NCBI GenBank assembly: GCA_963724385.1
Contig: CAVRUJ010000001.1
Location: forward strand, 1,154,896 to 1,218,895
Length of the DNA: 64,000 bases
Direction of reading: 5' to 3'
DNA from: an uncultured Alphaproteobacteria bacterium
Lineage (GTDB): Bacteria; Pseudomonadota; Alphaproteobacteria; Dongiales; Dongiaceae
Positions 45,996 through 53,766 of this stretch are shown here, one piece after another. The notes beneath the pieces were generated by a model. That model saw only the letters and a list, made by a program, of their open reading frames with translations, did no database searches and was not told the DNA's origin. How positions within the stretch are numbered: the first letter of the stretch is position 1; each line of letters begins with the position of its first letter. The position numbers and the translations under genes were made by a program.

Positions 45996-46184
45996 TCAAA
46001 CACTCCTCTGTTGCAGGATCTGAGCCGTCTGGATTGATGTCCCACGGACGTCGGCCACAAGATCCCGCGCTTTGTTGAGTGCGGCTTCTTTCTCGCTGAC
46101 CGGTCGGCCACCGGGCATCGCCTGCACCAGCTCCTCGATCGTTTCGATCAGCTGGTCGACCAGGTCGTCCTGATTGTCGAACAT
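45996..46184 (-). CDS. small acidic phage protein
   Basis: MFDNQDDLVDQLIETIEELVQAMPGG... The ATG at 46184 sits in a TGATG overlap. Confidence 0.4.
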   Translation of the reverse strand: MFDNQDDLVDQLIETIEELVQAMPGGRPVSEKEAALNKARDLVADVRGTSIQTAQILQQRSV

Positions 46185-46522
46185 CACCGGCGGGACCTCC
46201 GGCGGCGGAGTACTGGCGATTTGTCGGCGAACGCTTCCGCAAGAGGCTTTAACTGGAGCCCGGTAAGCCGCTCGAAGGTTCTCTCGCCATAACGGTGAAG
46301 GCGCTGGTGGTGGCGCCAGCAGAGGGAGACCGTCCAGTTGTCCCCTGGCTTCATGCCCATGCCGCCATCAGTCCCGATCCTTACGTGGGCCGCTTCGATC
46401 TCACGCTCGAAACAATTGGCGACAGAACAGGCGTGGGACCGGACCCAATCGAGATGGGCAGGTGAGCGTAGCGGGCCGCGTTCTCGAATCGGCGGGAAAC
46501 GCAGGAGGGCCGGCAAGCTCAC
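46184..46522 (-). CDS. HNH/DUF968-like putative nuclease
   Basis: GTG start in a GTGA overlap. It has AHLDWVRSHACSV...EAAHVRIGTDGGMGMKPGDNWTVSLCWRHHQRLH. Confidence 0.5.
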   Translation of the reverse strand: MSLPALLRFPPIRERGPLRSPAHLDWVRSHACSVANCFEREIEAAHVRIGTDGGMGMKPGDNWTVSLCWRHHQRLHRYGERTFERLTGLQLKPLAEAFADKSPVLRRRRSRR

Positions 46523-46872
46523 GCCCCGGACCTCCGCTCGGCCTCGCAGAGGGCTTGATAGTCAGCCTCCTCGTTGAGGTGAGCGTCGTAGGCCTTGAGC
46601 AACTCGGCCGGGCAGGCCTTCCGGTCCACGACGGCAATCACTCGCCTGCCGCTGCATTCCGGGCACGCCCGGTCGTAGACGCCGCTGAGGTAATCCTCCA
46701 GGAACTCCGGACCCTCCTCGTCCATCTCCTCGCGGGTGAAGGCGCCGAGATGGGCGCTCGACGTGCCCCGGCCTTCAAAGTGACCGCACACCTCGAATTT
46801 CGCCGGGAGCGCTACGTCTTCCTCGCTCCCATCATCGTGATAGCGAGTCCAGGTGATCGTTGTGGAGGGCAT
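46519..46872 (-). CDS. phage hypothetical protein with a CxxC pair; first gene of the leftward early operon
   Basis: ATG at 46872 with GGAG 6 nt upstream (the track start at 46878 is TTG). It contains ...ACPECSGRRVIAVVD... Confidence 0.5.
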   Translation of the reverse strand: MPSTTITWTRYHDDGSEEDVALPAKFEVCGHFEGRGTSSAHLGAFTREEMDEEGPEFLEDYLSGVYDRACPECSGRRVIAVVDRKACPAELLKAYDAHLNEEADYQALCEAERRSGA

Positions 46873-46902
46873 GGGCAACTCCGTCGGTGACTGGCAAAAC
46901 CG

Positions 46903-46954
46903 ACGGTAGCCAATATGGCAACCTACGTCAACAGGTCTGTTGCCGATTAGTCAA
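46903..46954 (-). promoter_or_regulatory. candidate PL promoter with operator sites
   Basis: The minus strand reads TTGACG-N17-TACCGT. The spacer contains TTGCCATATTGGCTA, and a second site, TTGCCGATTAGTCAA, lies at 46940-46954. The module is 24/29 identical to PR at 48131-48159. Confidence 0.55.
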
Positions 46955-46968
46955 CAAACCGATGCCAA

Positions 46969-47346
46969 CTAGGGGCCTCGCGGCGCGATATCGTCCATCA
47001 TGATGTAGAAACTGTCGACTGAACCATCTTGGAGCATGATCTCACCGCGAGCTTCGTCAACCGCCCCCGCTGGGAGAGCCACCCTAATAGTGGACGTAAT
47101 CGTGAAGCCCACATTGGGCGGAAGCGGCAGGCAGCGTCCTTGGGCGCTGAGCTGGTTGAAGAAATCCTGGCTGAAAGTCTCCGGATGCTTCACCGCGTCT
47201 TCCCACTCCGCCGTCGAGTTCGGATCGGCGCAAGTGACGACGGCATCGCCTTTGGAATGACGAAGAGCCTGCGCGTTCACATCACCCGCCGCCATGCCAA
47301 TCAATAGCGCCGCGAAAGCCGCGGCAGAGGGCAATGGGATGTGCAT
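46969..47346 (-). CDS. secreted small protein (candidate lysogenic-conversion moron)
   Basis: The signal peptide is MHIPLPSAAAFAALLIGMAAGDVNA. It lies directly downstream of, and co-oriented with, the repressor gene. Confidence 0.55.
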   Translation of the reverse strand: MHIPLPSAAAFAALLIGMAAGDVNAQALRHSKGDAVVTCADPNSTAEWEDAVKHPETFSQDFFNQLSAQGRCLPLPPNVGFTITSTIRVALPAGAVDEARGEIMLQDGSVDSFYIMMDDIAPRGP

Positions 47347-47360
47347 GACGCGGTGCCTTC

Positions 47361-48072
47361 CTAAGTGCCATCCATTCCGATCGGCTTGGAGAAGCTGACC
47401 ACGAGAGCTGCGATGACCAGGTCCTCGCCGTCGTCATCCGAGTTGCCATTGGGAACAGGCCACGGCTGCTGATACGCCGGATCAGTCGATTCGGGCCAGA
47501 GCCACGCTTGTCCCTCGACTACTTTGTATCGCTTGATTGTCGCTTCTGTAAGGCCGCTCCGATCGCGCCGATGAACCACGACATAGGCTCCGTTCTGGAT
47601 TTCGAGCGGCTGGCCCGTTTCTCTCAACCGTCGCGTCCCGAGCTCGACCACTCCGACGCAGATAACATAGGAGCCTTCGGGAAATGTTCTGTTCATCGAA
47701 TTGCCGACGACGCGGAGCGCGAAAGCCGGCATGCCGGCATAGGCCGTTCCGATCACCGCCGAGATCTCGTACTGATCACTCGGTGACCATTCTAGAGCTT
47801 CCCGCCATTGGCCGGCCTGCACCGCGCCGACGACCTTGATCGACCTCGGCCGTGCGGATCGCGCCGATTCGTCGGTTGTCGGCGGCCGATGGAAGAGATC
47901 TTCCGGGCGAATTGACAGAGCAGACGCAGAGTCGGGCCATCCACTTGGTGGTGAGGCCGCGATCCGAACGTTCAAGCTTCGATATCTGGGTCTTATCAGT
48001 ACCGACGGCTTCGCCGAGTTCCTGCAGCGTCAAGCCGCGATGCTCACGCCATTCCCTGAGGAAATGATCCAT
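47361..48072 (-). pseudogene. CI/LexA-like repressor (XRE HTH plus S24 peptidase domain) with one frameshift
   Basis: The HTH (LTLQELGEAVGTDKTQISKLERSDRGLT) is in ORF 47776..48168 from the ATG at 48072. ALSIRPEDLF and the S24 part (ALRVVGNSMNRTFPEGSYV) are in ORF 47361..47975. The junction is about 47930-47945. Confidence 0.75.
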
Positions 48073-48081
48073 GCCGCCACG

Positions 48082-48159
48082 TTGCCGGAATGGCAACGTC
48101 GGGTCAGTCGCCAATGCGGCAACTAGATGATTGACGATAGTTGCCGTATTGGCTACCTT
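48082..48159 (+). promoter_or_regulatory. OR-like operator cluster and candidate PR promoter
   Basis: Three sites: TTGCCGGAATGGCAA (48082-96), TCGCCAATGCGGCAA (48108-22) and TTGCCGTATTGGCTA (48141-55). The promoter is TTGACG (48131-36), N17, TACCTT (48154-59). Confidence 0.55.
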
Positions 48160-48166
48160 ATGCAAC

Positions 48167-48403
48167 ATGGTTCTGGCGGACTATCTAAAGACTGAGCATC
48201 TGAGTGCTGCCGAATTCGCGCGCTCGCTGGGCGTCAGCCGCTCGATCGTGCTCCGCTGGGCGAAGAGGGAACGCACACCTCGCGGCGCCCAAATCAAGCG
48301 CATCACTTCCCTGACGGGCGGCCGAGTTACCGCCGCCGACTTCTTCGATGAGCCCGCAGCGAGGCCGCCGCATGATCCGCTGGCTCCGCTCATTGCTTCG
48401 TAA
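48167..48403 (+). CDS. Cro/YdaS-like HTH protein
   Basis: ATG at 48167 (the track start at 48131 is the TTG of the -35 box). It has LSAAEFARSLGVSRSIVLRWAK. It is divergent from the repressor. Confidence 0.65.
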   Translation: MVLADYLKTEHLSAAEFARSLGVSRSIVLRWAKRERTPRGAQIKRITSLTGGRVTAADFFDEPAARPPHDPLAPLIAS

Positions 48404-48466
48404 GGCCTCGGGTATCGATGCCCTCGAACGGCGCCTGGCGCTGATCGCGATGGAGGCGCGCCGGCA

Positions 48467-48694
48467 ATGACGGAGCAGCTCCGCGCCGATGAGGTTGTCC
48501 AGGTCGGCCGCCGGCGGGGCAGGGTGGTCTCCTATCGCGTAACAGATCGCGGCCAACTCTGCCGCATTCAATTCGACACCGACGGCGATCCACGGCCGAG
48601 CGACTACCCGCCCGGCGGTGAATACGTCGAGCTCTTCGCTTCATCCCCCAAAATCTCCCGCGCCGCGCCTGTCCCTGAAGGGAATGTGGCATGA
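48467..48694 (+). CDS. phage hypothetical protein (75 aa)
   Basis: Open frame with an ATG start. No motif recognised. Confidence 0.3.
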   Translation: MTEQLRADEVVQVGRRRGRVVSYRVTDRGQLCRIQFDTDGDPRPSDYPPGGEYVELFASSPKISRAAPVPEGNVA

Positions 48695-49097
48695 GCGCCC
48701 TGGCCTATCTCCGGACTCCTGGGCGGAACAGCTCGGGTTCGGCTGGCCGGAGGAAATCGTCCCGGCGGGACGAAAATCCCCGTCCGCCCGCGACGAAGAT
48801 GGACACCAACGACCTGACCAAGGCGCTCTACCTCGCGCTGCATCGCGCCTTCGACGGGCCGATGCGCCGATCAAGCGCATCGCCCGCATCGCCAACAGCA
48901 ACGAGCGCGCCGCCAAGGACTGGTGGGGCGGCAAGAACCTGCCCAATGCCGTGCACCTGCTGAAACTCATGGCCCAGGTGCCAGAGTTCGCCGGCGAGGT
49001 CCGCCGCCTGACCGGCATGGAAGCCGACCTCGAGCCGGAATTCGCCGCCGCCTTCAACGAGGCGATGCGGGCGTTCTCCAAGCTGAAGGGCCGCTGA
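48684..49097 (+). pseudogene. phage hypothetical protein; reading frame ambiguous in the middle
   Basis: The C-terminal part, PIKRIARIANSNERAAKDWWGGKNLPNAVHLLKLMAQVPEFAGEVRRL, is clear. Between about 48790 and 48860 a second frame (MDTNDLTKALYLALHRAFDGP) looks more protein-like. Confidence 0.35.
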
Positions 49098-49286
49098 GAT
49101 GGCCCGGGGGCATCGATGCCCGCGAGCCGGTGTCCCCACGGTGGGCCCGGCCAATCCGATCACCTTCCAGAAGGGCAAGCTGGACGGTCGGAGGGTAGGG
49201 CCTCTTGCCCCCGCCGCGGATCCGTCGCGGGAATTACGGGAAAAGCCGGGGGATCGCCGGCCCAGAGGGTGGAAGGCCCTCACCGC

Positions 49287-49538
49287 ATGACCGCCACGCT
49301 CCAAGTCTTGCGCGAGCTGATCCGGGTCCATGTCACCGGCCCGGCGGTCGAACTGGCCGAGATCGAGGCCGACACGCGGCTCTCCGAGGATCTCGACTAT
49401 GGCCAGGCAATCGATCTCGCCTATGGGGTCTGGCAGCGCTTCCGGGTCGATATCCCGGCACCGAGGATCCCCGGGAAGACTGTGGCCGAGCTCGTCGCCC
49501 TGATCGAGCAGGCCGCCGGCGACAGGACCGCGGCATGA
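49287..49538 (+). CDS. phage hypothetical protein (83 aa)
   Basis: The ATG at 49287 gives MTATLQVLRELIRVHVTG... No family assigned. Confidence 0.4.
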   Translation: MTATLQVLRELIRVHVTGPAVELAEIEADTRLSEDLDYGQAIDLAYGVWQRFRVDIPAPRIPGKTVAELVALIEQAAGDRTAA

Positions 49539-49624
49539 CCCGCACCTTCGCCGCCATCATCGCCATCGGCCTAGCGATCGGGATCATCGGCCTGGTGCTG
49601 ATCTGGCTGGTGCCCACGCCATGA
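49535..49624 (+). CDS. 29-aa single-TM peptide
   Basis: MTRTFAAIIAIGLAIGIIGLVLIWLVPTP. ATGA overlaps occur at both ends. Confidence 0.3.
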   Translation: MTRTFAAIIAIGLAIGIIGLVLIWLVPTP

Positions 49625-50190
49625 TCCAAACGGACGCTCCCCTCTGGGTCCCCTCTCGGGAGGTGTCCGATGCCGCTGCCGGCCAAGACCTGCCCCCAGG
49701 CGGCCGGCAGCGGCACCCCAACCGCCGCAGGTCGCTGAACCTCCGCTTCCGCTTCCCGGTCGATCCGGAGCGGCCGGGCAGGCGCTATCACCTCGGCATC
49801 GGCTTTTACGGCGAGGAAGGCTGGCGGCCCGGGGAGATCTTCCTTCGCGGCCCCAAGACCGGTTCCGATGCCGACGCACAGCTCGACGACGCGGCCACCT
49901 ACGCTTCGATGCTGATGCAGCACGGCTGCAGGGCCGAAGCGCTGGCCCATGGCAGCACGCGCGAGGCCGTGATGCGCGTGGCGCTGCAAATCGCCGCCGC
50001 GATCGAGGCTTTCGGGCCCGGCGTCGACCTGCAACACCTGGGTGTCGAGCCTGAGCGACGCCGCCATCACCCTCGCGCGAGCGGGCGGCATGGTCGCCTT
50101 TGCCGCCGGCCAGCGGCTTTCCAGCAACCCGCATGCGCTGGCGGGGGCCCCATGGCGAGCCTGGCGGGCGGGCTGGATCGGCGCCGCTAG
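49621..50190 (+). CDS. phage hypothetical protein; only the N-terminal ~130 aa look protein-like
   Basis: ...HLGIGFYGEEGWRPGEIFLRGPKTGSDADAQLDDAATYASMLMQHGCRAEAL... The Arg-rich tail suggests the frame is lost near 50040. Confidence 0.35.
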   Translation: MIQTDAPLWVPSREVSDAAAGQDLPPGGRQRHPNRRRSLNLRFRFPVDPERPGRRYHLGIGFYGEEGWRPGEIFLRGPKTGSDADAQLDDAATYASMLMQHGCRAEALAHGSTREAVMRVALQIAAAIEAFGPGVDLQHLGVEPERRRHHPRASGRHGRLCRRPAAFQQPACAGGGPMASLAGGLDRRR

Positions 50191-50382
50191 TGAAGCGTCA
50201 CACGTGAAACAGGCCGTGGCCGGGGCCGCAACCGCGCCGATTGGACCGAGACGGAAACGCTGCTGCTGCTGCGGCTCATCAAGGAGCCGGCGGTTGCGCT
50301 CAAAGAGGTCGCCCAAATCATCGGCCGCTCACGCGCGGCGGTGACGGTCAAGGCCTGCCGGCTGCGCAAGGAAGCCGCATGA
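50042..50382 (+). pseudogene. phage hypothetical protein with an HTH-like C-terminus in a different frame
   Basis: The GTG at 50042 gives LSDAAITLARAGGMVAFAAGQRLSSNPHALAGAPWRAWRAGW.. After about 50225 another frame reads WTETETLLLLRLIKEPAVALKEVAQIIGRSRAAVTVKACRLRKEAA and stops at 50380-82. Confidence 0.3.
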
Positions 50383-50986
50383 GGCGGGACAGCGCCGAGC
50401 GCGATGCTGATCAGGGCCTCGGCCGCCTGGGCCTGGACGCGACATCCGACCGCTCGCCCGGCTCGCCGTTCGCCCATCTCTGCCAGCACTGGTACGGCGA
50501 GGGGCATTGCCTGGCGGAAGCTATCGCCAATGGCCGCTGCGAGGTGCATCGGGTCAAGAAGGCCGAGGCCGCCGAGGCGGCTAAACCGGCCGCCTCGGCA
50601 GCTGTGCCGCGGCAAGCAACCGAACCCGAAAATCCCCCGGATTCGTCAACCGGTCGCGCTGATCGCGGCCGGAAGCGAGGCCCCAGCAAGGGCGTGCCCG
50701 AAGGGATGCGCCGCTATCACCAGCGCCGGCGCGAGGAGAAAGCGGCCAAGCCTGCGCCCGAAGAGAAACTGGTCCAGTTCGGCGCGGCCCGGCCGGCGCC
50801 GCTGGCGCGGGCCGGCGATCCTATCCGGTGCATGCCTATCCGAAGCCGCCCGAGGAGCGGAAGCTGCTCGACAAGCTGAAGGCCAAGGGCGGCTCGGTCG
50901 AGGCGGCCCGCGCGCTCAAGTGCTGGCGCAACGGCTGGAACTTTCCCGCCATCCGCAATTTGCTGGCGCAAGGGCCGCAGCCGTGA
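50379..50986 (+). pseudogene. phage hypothetical protein, frameshifted
   Basis: The ATG at 50379 overlaps the preceding stop. ...HLCQHWYGEGHCLAEAIANGRCEVH... After about 50820 another frame reads VHAYPKPPEERKLLDKLKAKGGSVEAARALKCWRNGWNFPAIRNLL. Confidence 0.3.
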
Positions 50987-51621
50987 GCACCCAGGGCGAG
51001 ATCTCAGGCTCCGGCAAGCGCGGCTATTACCGCGAGCCGCGGACGCATGACCGGCACAGCATGGATTTCTATATCGAGCCACGTTGGACGATAGATGCGC
51101 TGCTCGGTGCCGAGGCGATCCCGGGCGACGCATGGGACCCTGCCTGCGGCTCGGCACCATCCCCAAGCGCTGACGGATCGCGGGTCCACTGTACGGCACC
51201 GATGCGGCGCCCAGGGGCGACGGCCGGTGCATGACTTCCTGGGCATGGCCCGGCCGCCCGTCTGCGAAGTGGCCTCGATTATCACAAATCCGCCCTACGG
51301 CGTCGCTCAGGAGTTCGCGGAACGCGCGCTGTCGATCGCCACGACAAGGTGGCCCTGCTGGTTCAGTCAAAATTCCCCTACAGCCAGCGACGCCACAAGC
51401 TGTTTACCAACGACGCGCCCGCCGAGCTCTATCTCCTCAGCAACCGACCATCCATGCCCCCAGGGGAGAATGTGTCGCCGGCGAAGTCGAGGCGAAGGGC
51501 GGAAACTCGATACATGTGGATCGTCTGGGATCGCGAGCATGTCGGCCCGACGGAAGCGCATTGGCTGCGCAAGGGCGCGGCGGCGAAGTCGGCACCCGAC
51601 CTGTTCGGGAGCGCGGCGTGA
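50983..51621 (+). pseudogene. N6-adenine-type DNA methyltransferase (NPPY motif), multiply frameshifted
   Basis: The GTG at 50983 sits in a GTGA overlap. Three pieces lie in three frames: GYYREPRTHDRHSMDFYIEPRWTIDALL..DPACGS, then HDFLG...IITNPPYGVAQEFAERAL, then VALLVQSKFPYSQRRHKLF...YMWIVWDREH. Confidence 0.65.
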
Positions 51622-52004
51622 CCGATCTCCCCAACGTGGTCTACGTGGGGGTGGCCGCTGATCGTTGGCAAGCGGGCGGCAACGACGACGTGGCGCGGTT
51701 GCAGCACGGGATCGGCCTGGAGATTAACGGCCCGCTCTATGGGTACGGGCGGCTGGGCTGTATCCGCGCTGTGGCAGTGGCCGCCCTCGCACCTGGTCGT
51801 CGCTCGCGAATTGTATCGGCGGAGGAATTCGGCGACATGGTCGGCGATGATGAAAGGCGCTGCAAAAGGCAGGCGATCGGCACGGGAGCGCAGACGAGAC
51901 GCGTCGTCGGCTTCGAATCCGGTTCAGCCTCTCGCGCCGCTCTCAAGATCGGCGATCTCTGCACCGGCGAACTATTTAATCTCGGCGGGAACGACGCCCC
52001 GTGA
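51618..52004 (+). CDS. phage hypothetical protein (frame uncertain)
   Basis: The GTG at 51618 sits in a GTGA overlap and gives VTDLPNVVYVGVAADRWQAGGNDDVARLQHGIGLEINGPLYGYG... Later parts may be frameshifted. Confidence 0.25.
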   Translation: MTDLPNVVYVGVAADRWQAGGNDDVARLQHGIGLEINGPLYGYGRLGCIRAVAVAALAPGRRSRIVSAEEFGDMVGDDERRCKRQAIGTGAQTRRVVGFESGSASRAALKIGDLCTGELFNLGGNDAP

Positions 52005-52079
52005 TGCTTCAAGCTCAAGAACGCGAACGGCCGCCGCTGGACCGGTCGCCTGAGGGCCGGCAAGAGCGCGCTCAGGCTG

Positions 52080-52265
52080 ATGAGCGAGTTCATCGAGGCT
52101 CCGGACGACGTCCGGCTCGACCGGCTGCTCGAGGCCTTCGTCGCCTGGAAGCGATCCGGCCAAGATCGGCGCGGCCTGTGTGTCGAGCCGGGCCTGTCGC
52201 GGCTCGATGCCTGGGGCAAGCGCAAGATCGAGGAACGCGAGCGCGCCGCGGAGCAGGGCCGATGA
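52080..52265 (+). CDS. small phage protein (61 aa)
   Basis: MSEFIEAPDDVRLDRLLEAFVAWKRSGQDRRG... Its stop overlaps the primase ATG (ATGA). Confidence 0.4.
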   Translation: MSEFIEAPDDVRLDRLLEAFVAWKRSGQDRRGLCVEPGLSRLDAWGKRKIEERERAAEQGR

Positions 52266-53361
52266 GCCGCTATGATGCCGCCGAGCTGGACGAGATCCGG
52301 GCCCGCGTCCCTCTACCCGAGCTGATCGCGAGCCTCGGCGTCGAGCTGAAGAAGAAGGGCCGCGAATACCTGGGCCTCTGTCCGTTCCACAGCGAACGCA
52401 CGCCCAGCTTCACCGTGGTGCCCGGCCAGTTCTGGCATTGCTTCGGCTGCGGCGCGCATGGCGACGCGATCAGCTTCCTGATGCGGGTCAAGGGCATCGA
52501 GTTCACGGCCGCGGTGGAAACCCTGGCCGATCGGTCGGGCGTTAGGCTCGGCCGGATGACCGAGGCCGAAAAGGCCCAGGTGGCGGCGCGCGCTCGCTTG
52601 GAGGCGGAGGCCGCGCGCCGAGAGCGCGCCCAGGCGACGGCGGACGCCCGGGAGATCTGGGCCACGTGCCATCCCGCCGGCGGCACTCTCGTCCAAACTT
52701 ACCTGGAATCCCGCGGTATCAACCCCGAGGCGATCGGCGGCATCCCGCCGACGCTGCGCTACCACCCGGCGCTGCGCCTGGCGAAGGGCGACCATCGCCC
52801 GGCCATGGTGGCGGCGGTGCAAGATCCGGCCGGCGCCATCGCCGCAGTCCACCGGACCTTCCTCGCCGCGGATGGGCAGGCAAGGCGGACGTGGAGCGGC
52901 CCAAGCGCATGTTTGGCCCCGTCTGGCAGGGCGCGGTGCGCCTGACGGCCAGGGCGGCGCACATGCTGATCGCCGAGGGGATCGAGACGGCCTGTCGGTC
53001 CTGGTATCCCGGCGCAAGACCGGCGGGCGAGCATTGGCCCTCCTACGGGGTCTGGGCCGCGCTCAGCCTCGGCAACATCGCCGGCTCGGGCGACGACGAC
53101 TATTTCGGCAAACCGCATCGGGCCAAGCGCAAAGGAGTACGTTTGCCGACCGTGGTCCCGGACATGAGCGGCCCGGGGTCGTGCTGCCGCCGGGACGAAG
53201 CGAGTAACGGTCTGCGCCGATGCGGACAACCGGGATCCCGAAGCGGCCGAGGCGCTGCTGTAGCGCGCGGCCGCACGCTTGGAGGCGCGCGGGATATGTG
53301 TGCGATCGCCCGGCCGCCAGCTGGCATGGATTTCAACGACCTGCTGGCGGGTGCGGCATGA
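52262..53361 (+). pseudogene. DNA primase (CHC2 zinc finger plus Toprim), frameshifted at least 3 times
   Basis: LCPFHSERTPSFTVVPGQFWHCFGCGAHGDAISF is in the first frame. KRMFGPVWQGAVRLT...MLIAEGIETA (Toprim) and ...ARPPAGMDFNDLLAG are in other frames. Confidence 0.7.
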
Positions 53362-53766
53362 TCTATTTCATTCGCATCGGCAAAGCCGGCCCCGTGAAAA
53401 TCGGTTTTTCTACAAATGTACAATCCCGGATTCTCGCGCTCTGCAGACCTCCAATTCCGAGCCCTTGGTCTTACTGCGGAAATAGAGGGCGACCAAAGTA
53501 CAGAAGCATGGTGCCACGAACATTACCAGCACCTGCGATTAAGGGGAGAGTGGTTCAGATATTGTCCGACGATGCTGTCCGTGTCGCCGGCGCCCACGGC
53601 GCCGAGACGGTGGCGCAGCTGCAGCCATCCGGGCTGCGGGAGTTTGCTGGAGTGGCCCGGAGATTATCCTGACGTTTGCGACGCCCATCACCCTCTCGGG
53701 TCGCAGCGCATCCGCCTCGTTCAAACGACGGCCGGCCTCTGGCGGCTAAGAATGGCTTCAGCATGA
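53358..53766 (+). pseudogene. T5orf172 / GIY-YIG-like domain protein, two frameshifts within about 100 nt
   Basis: MIYFIRIGKAGPVKIGFSTNVQSRI (frame 1), ALQTSNSEPLVLLRK (frame 2) and IEGDQSTEAWCHEHYQHLRLRGEWFRY (frame 3). The frame-3 stop overlaps the next ATG (ATGA). Confidence 0.5.
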
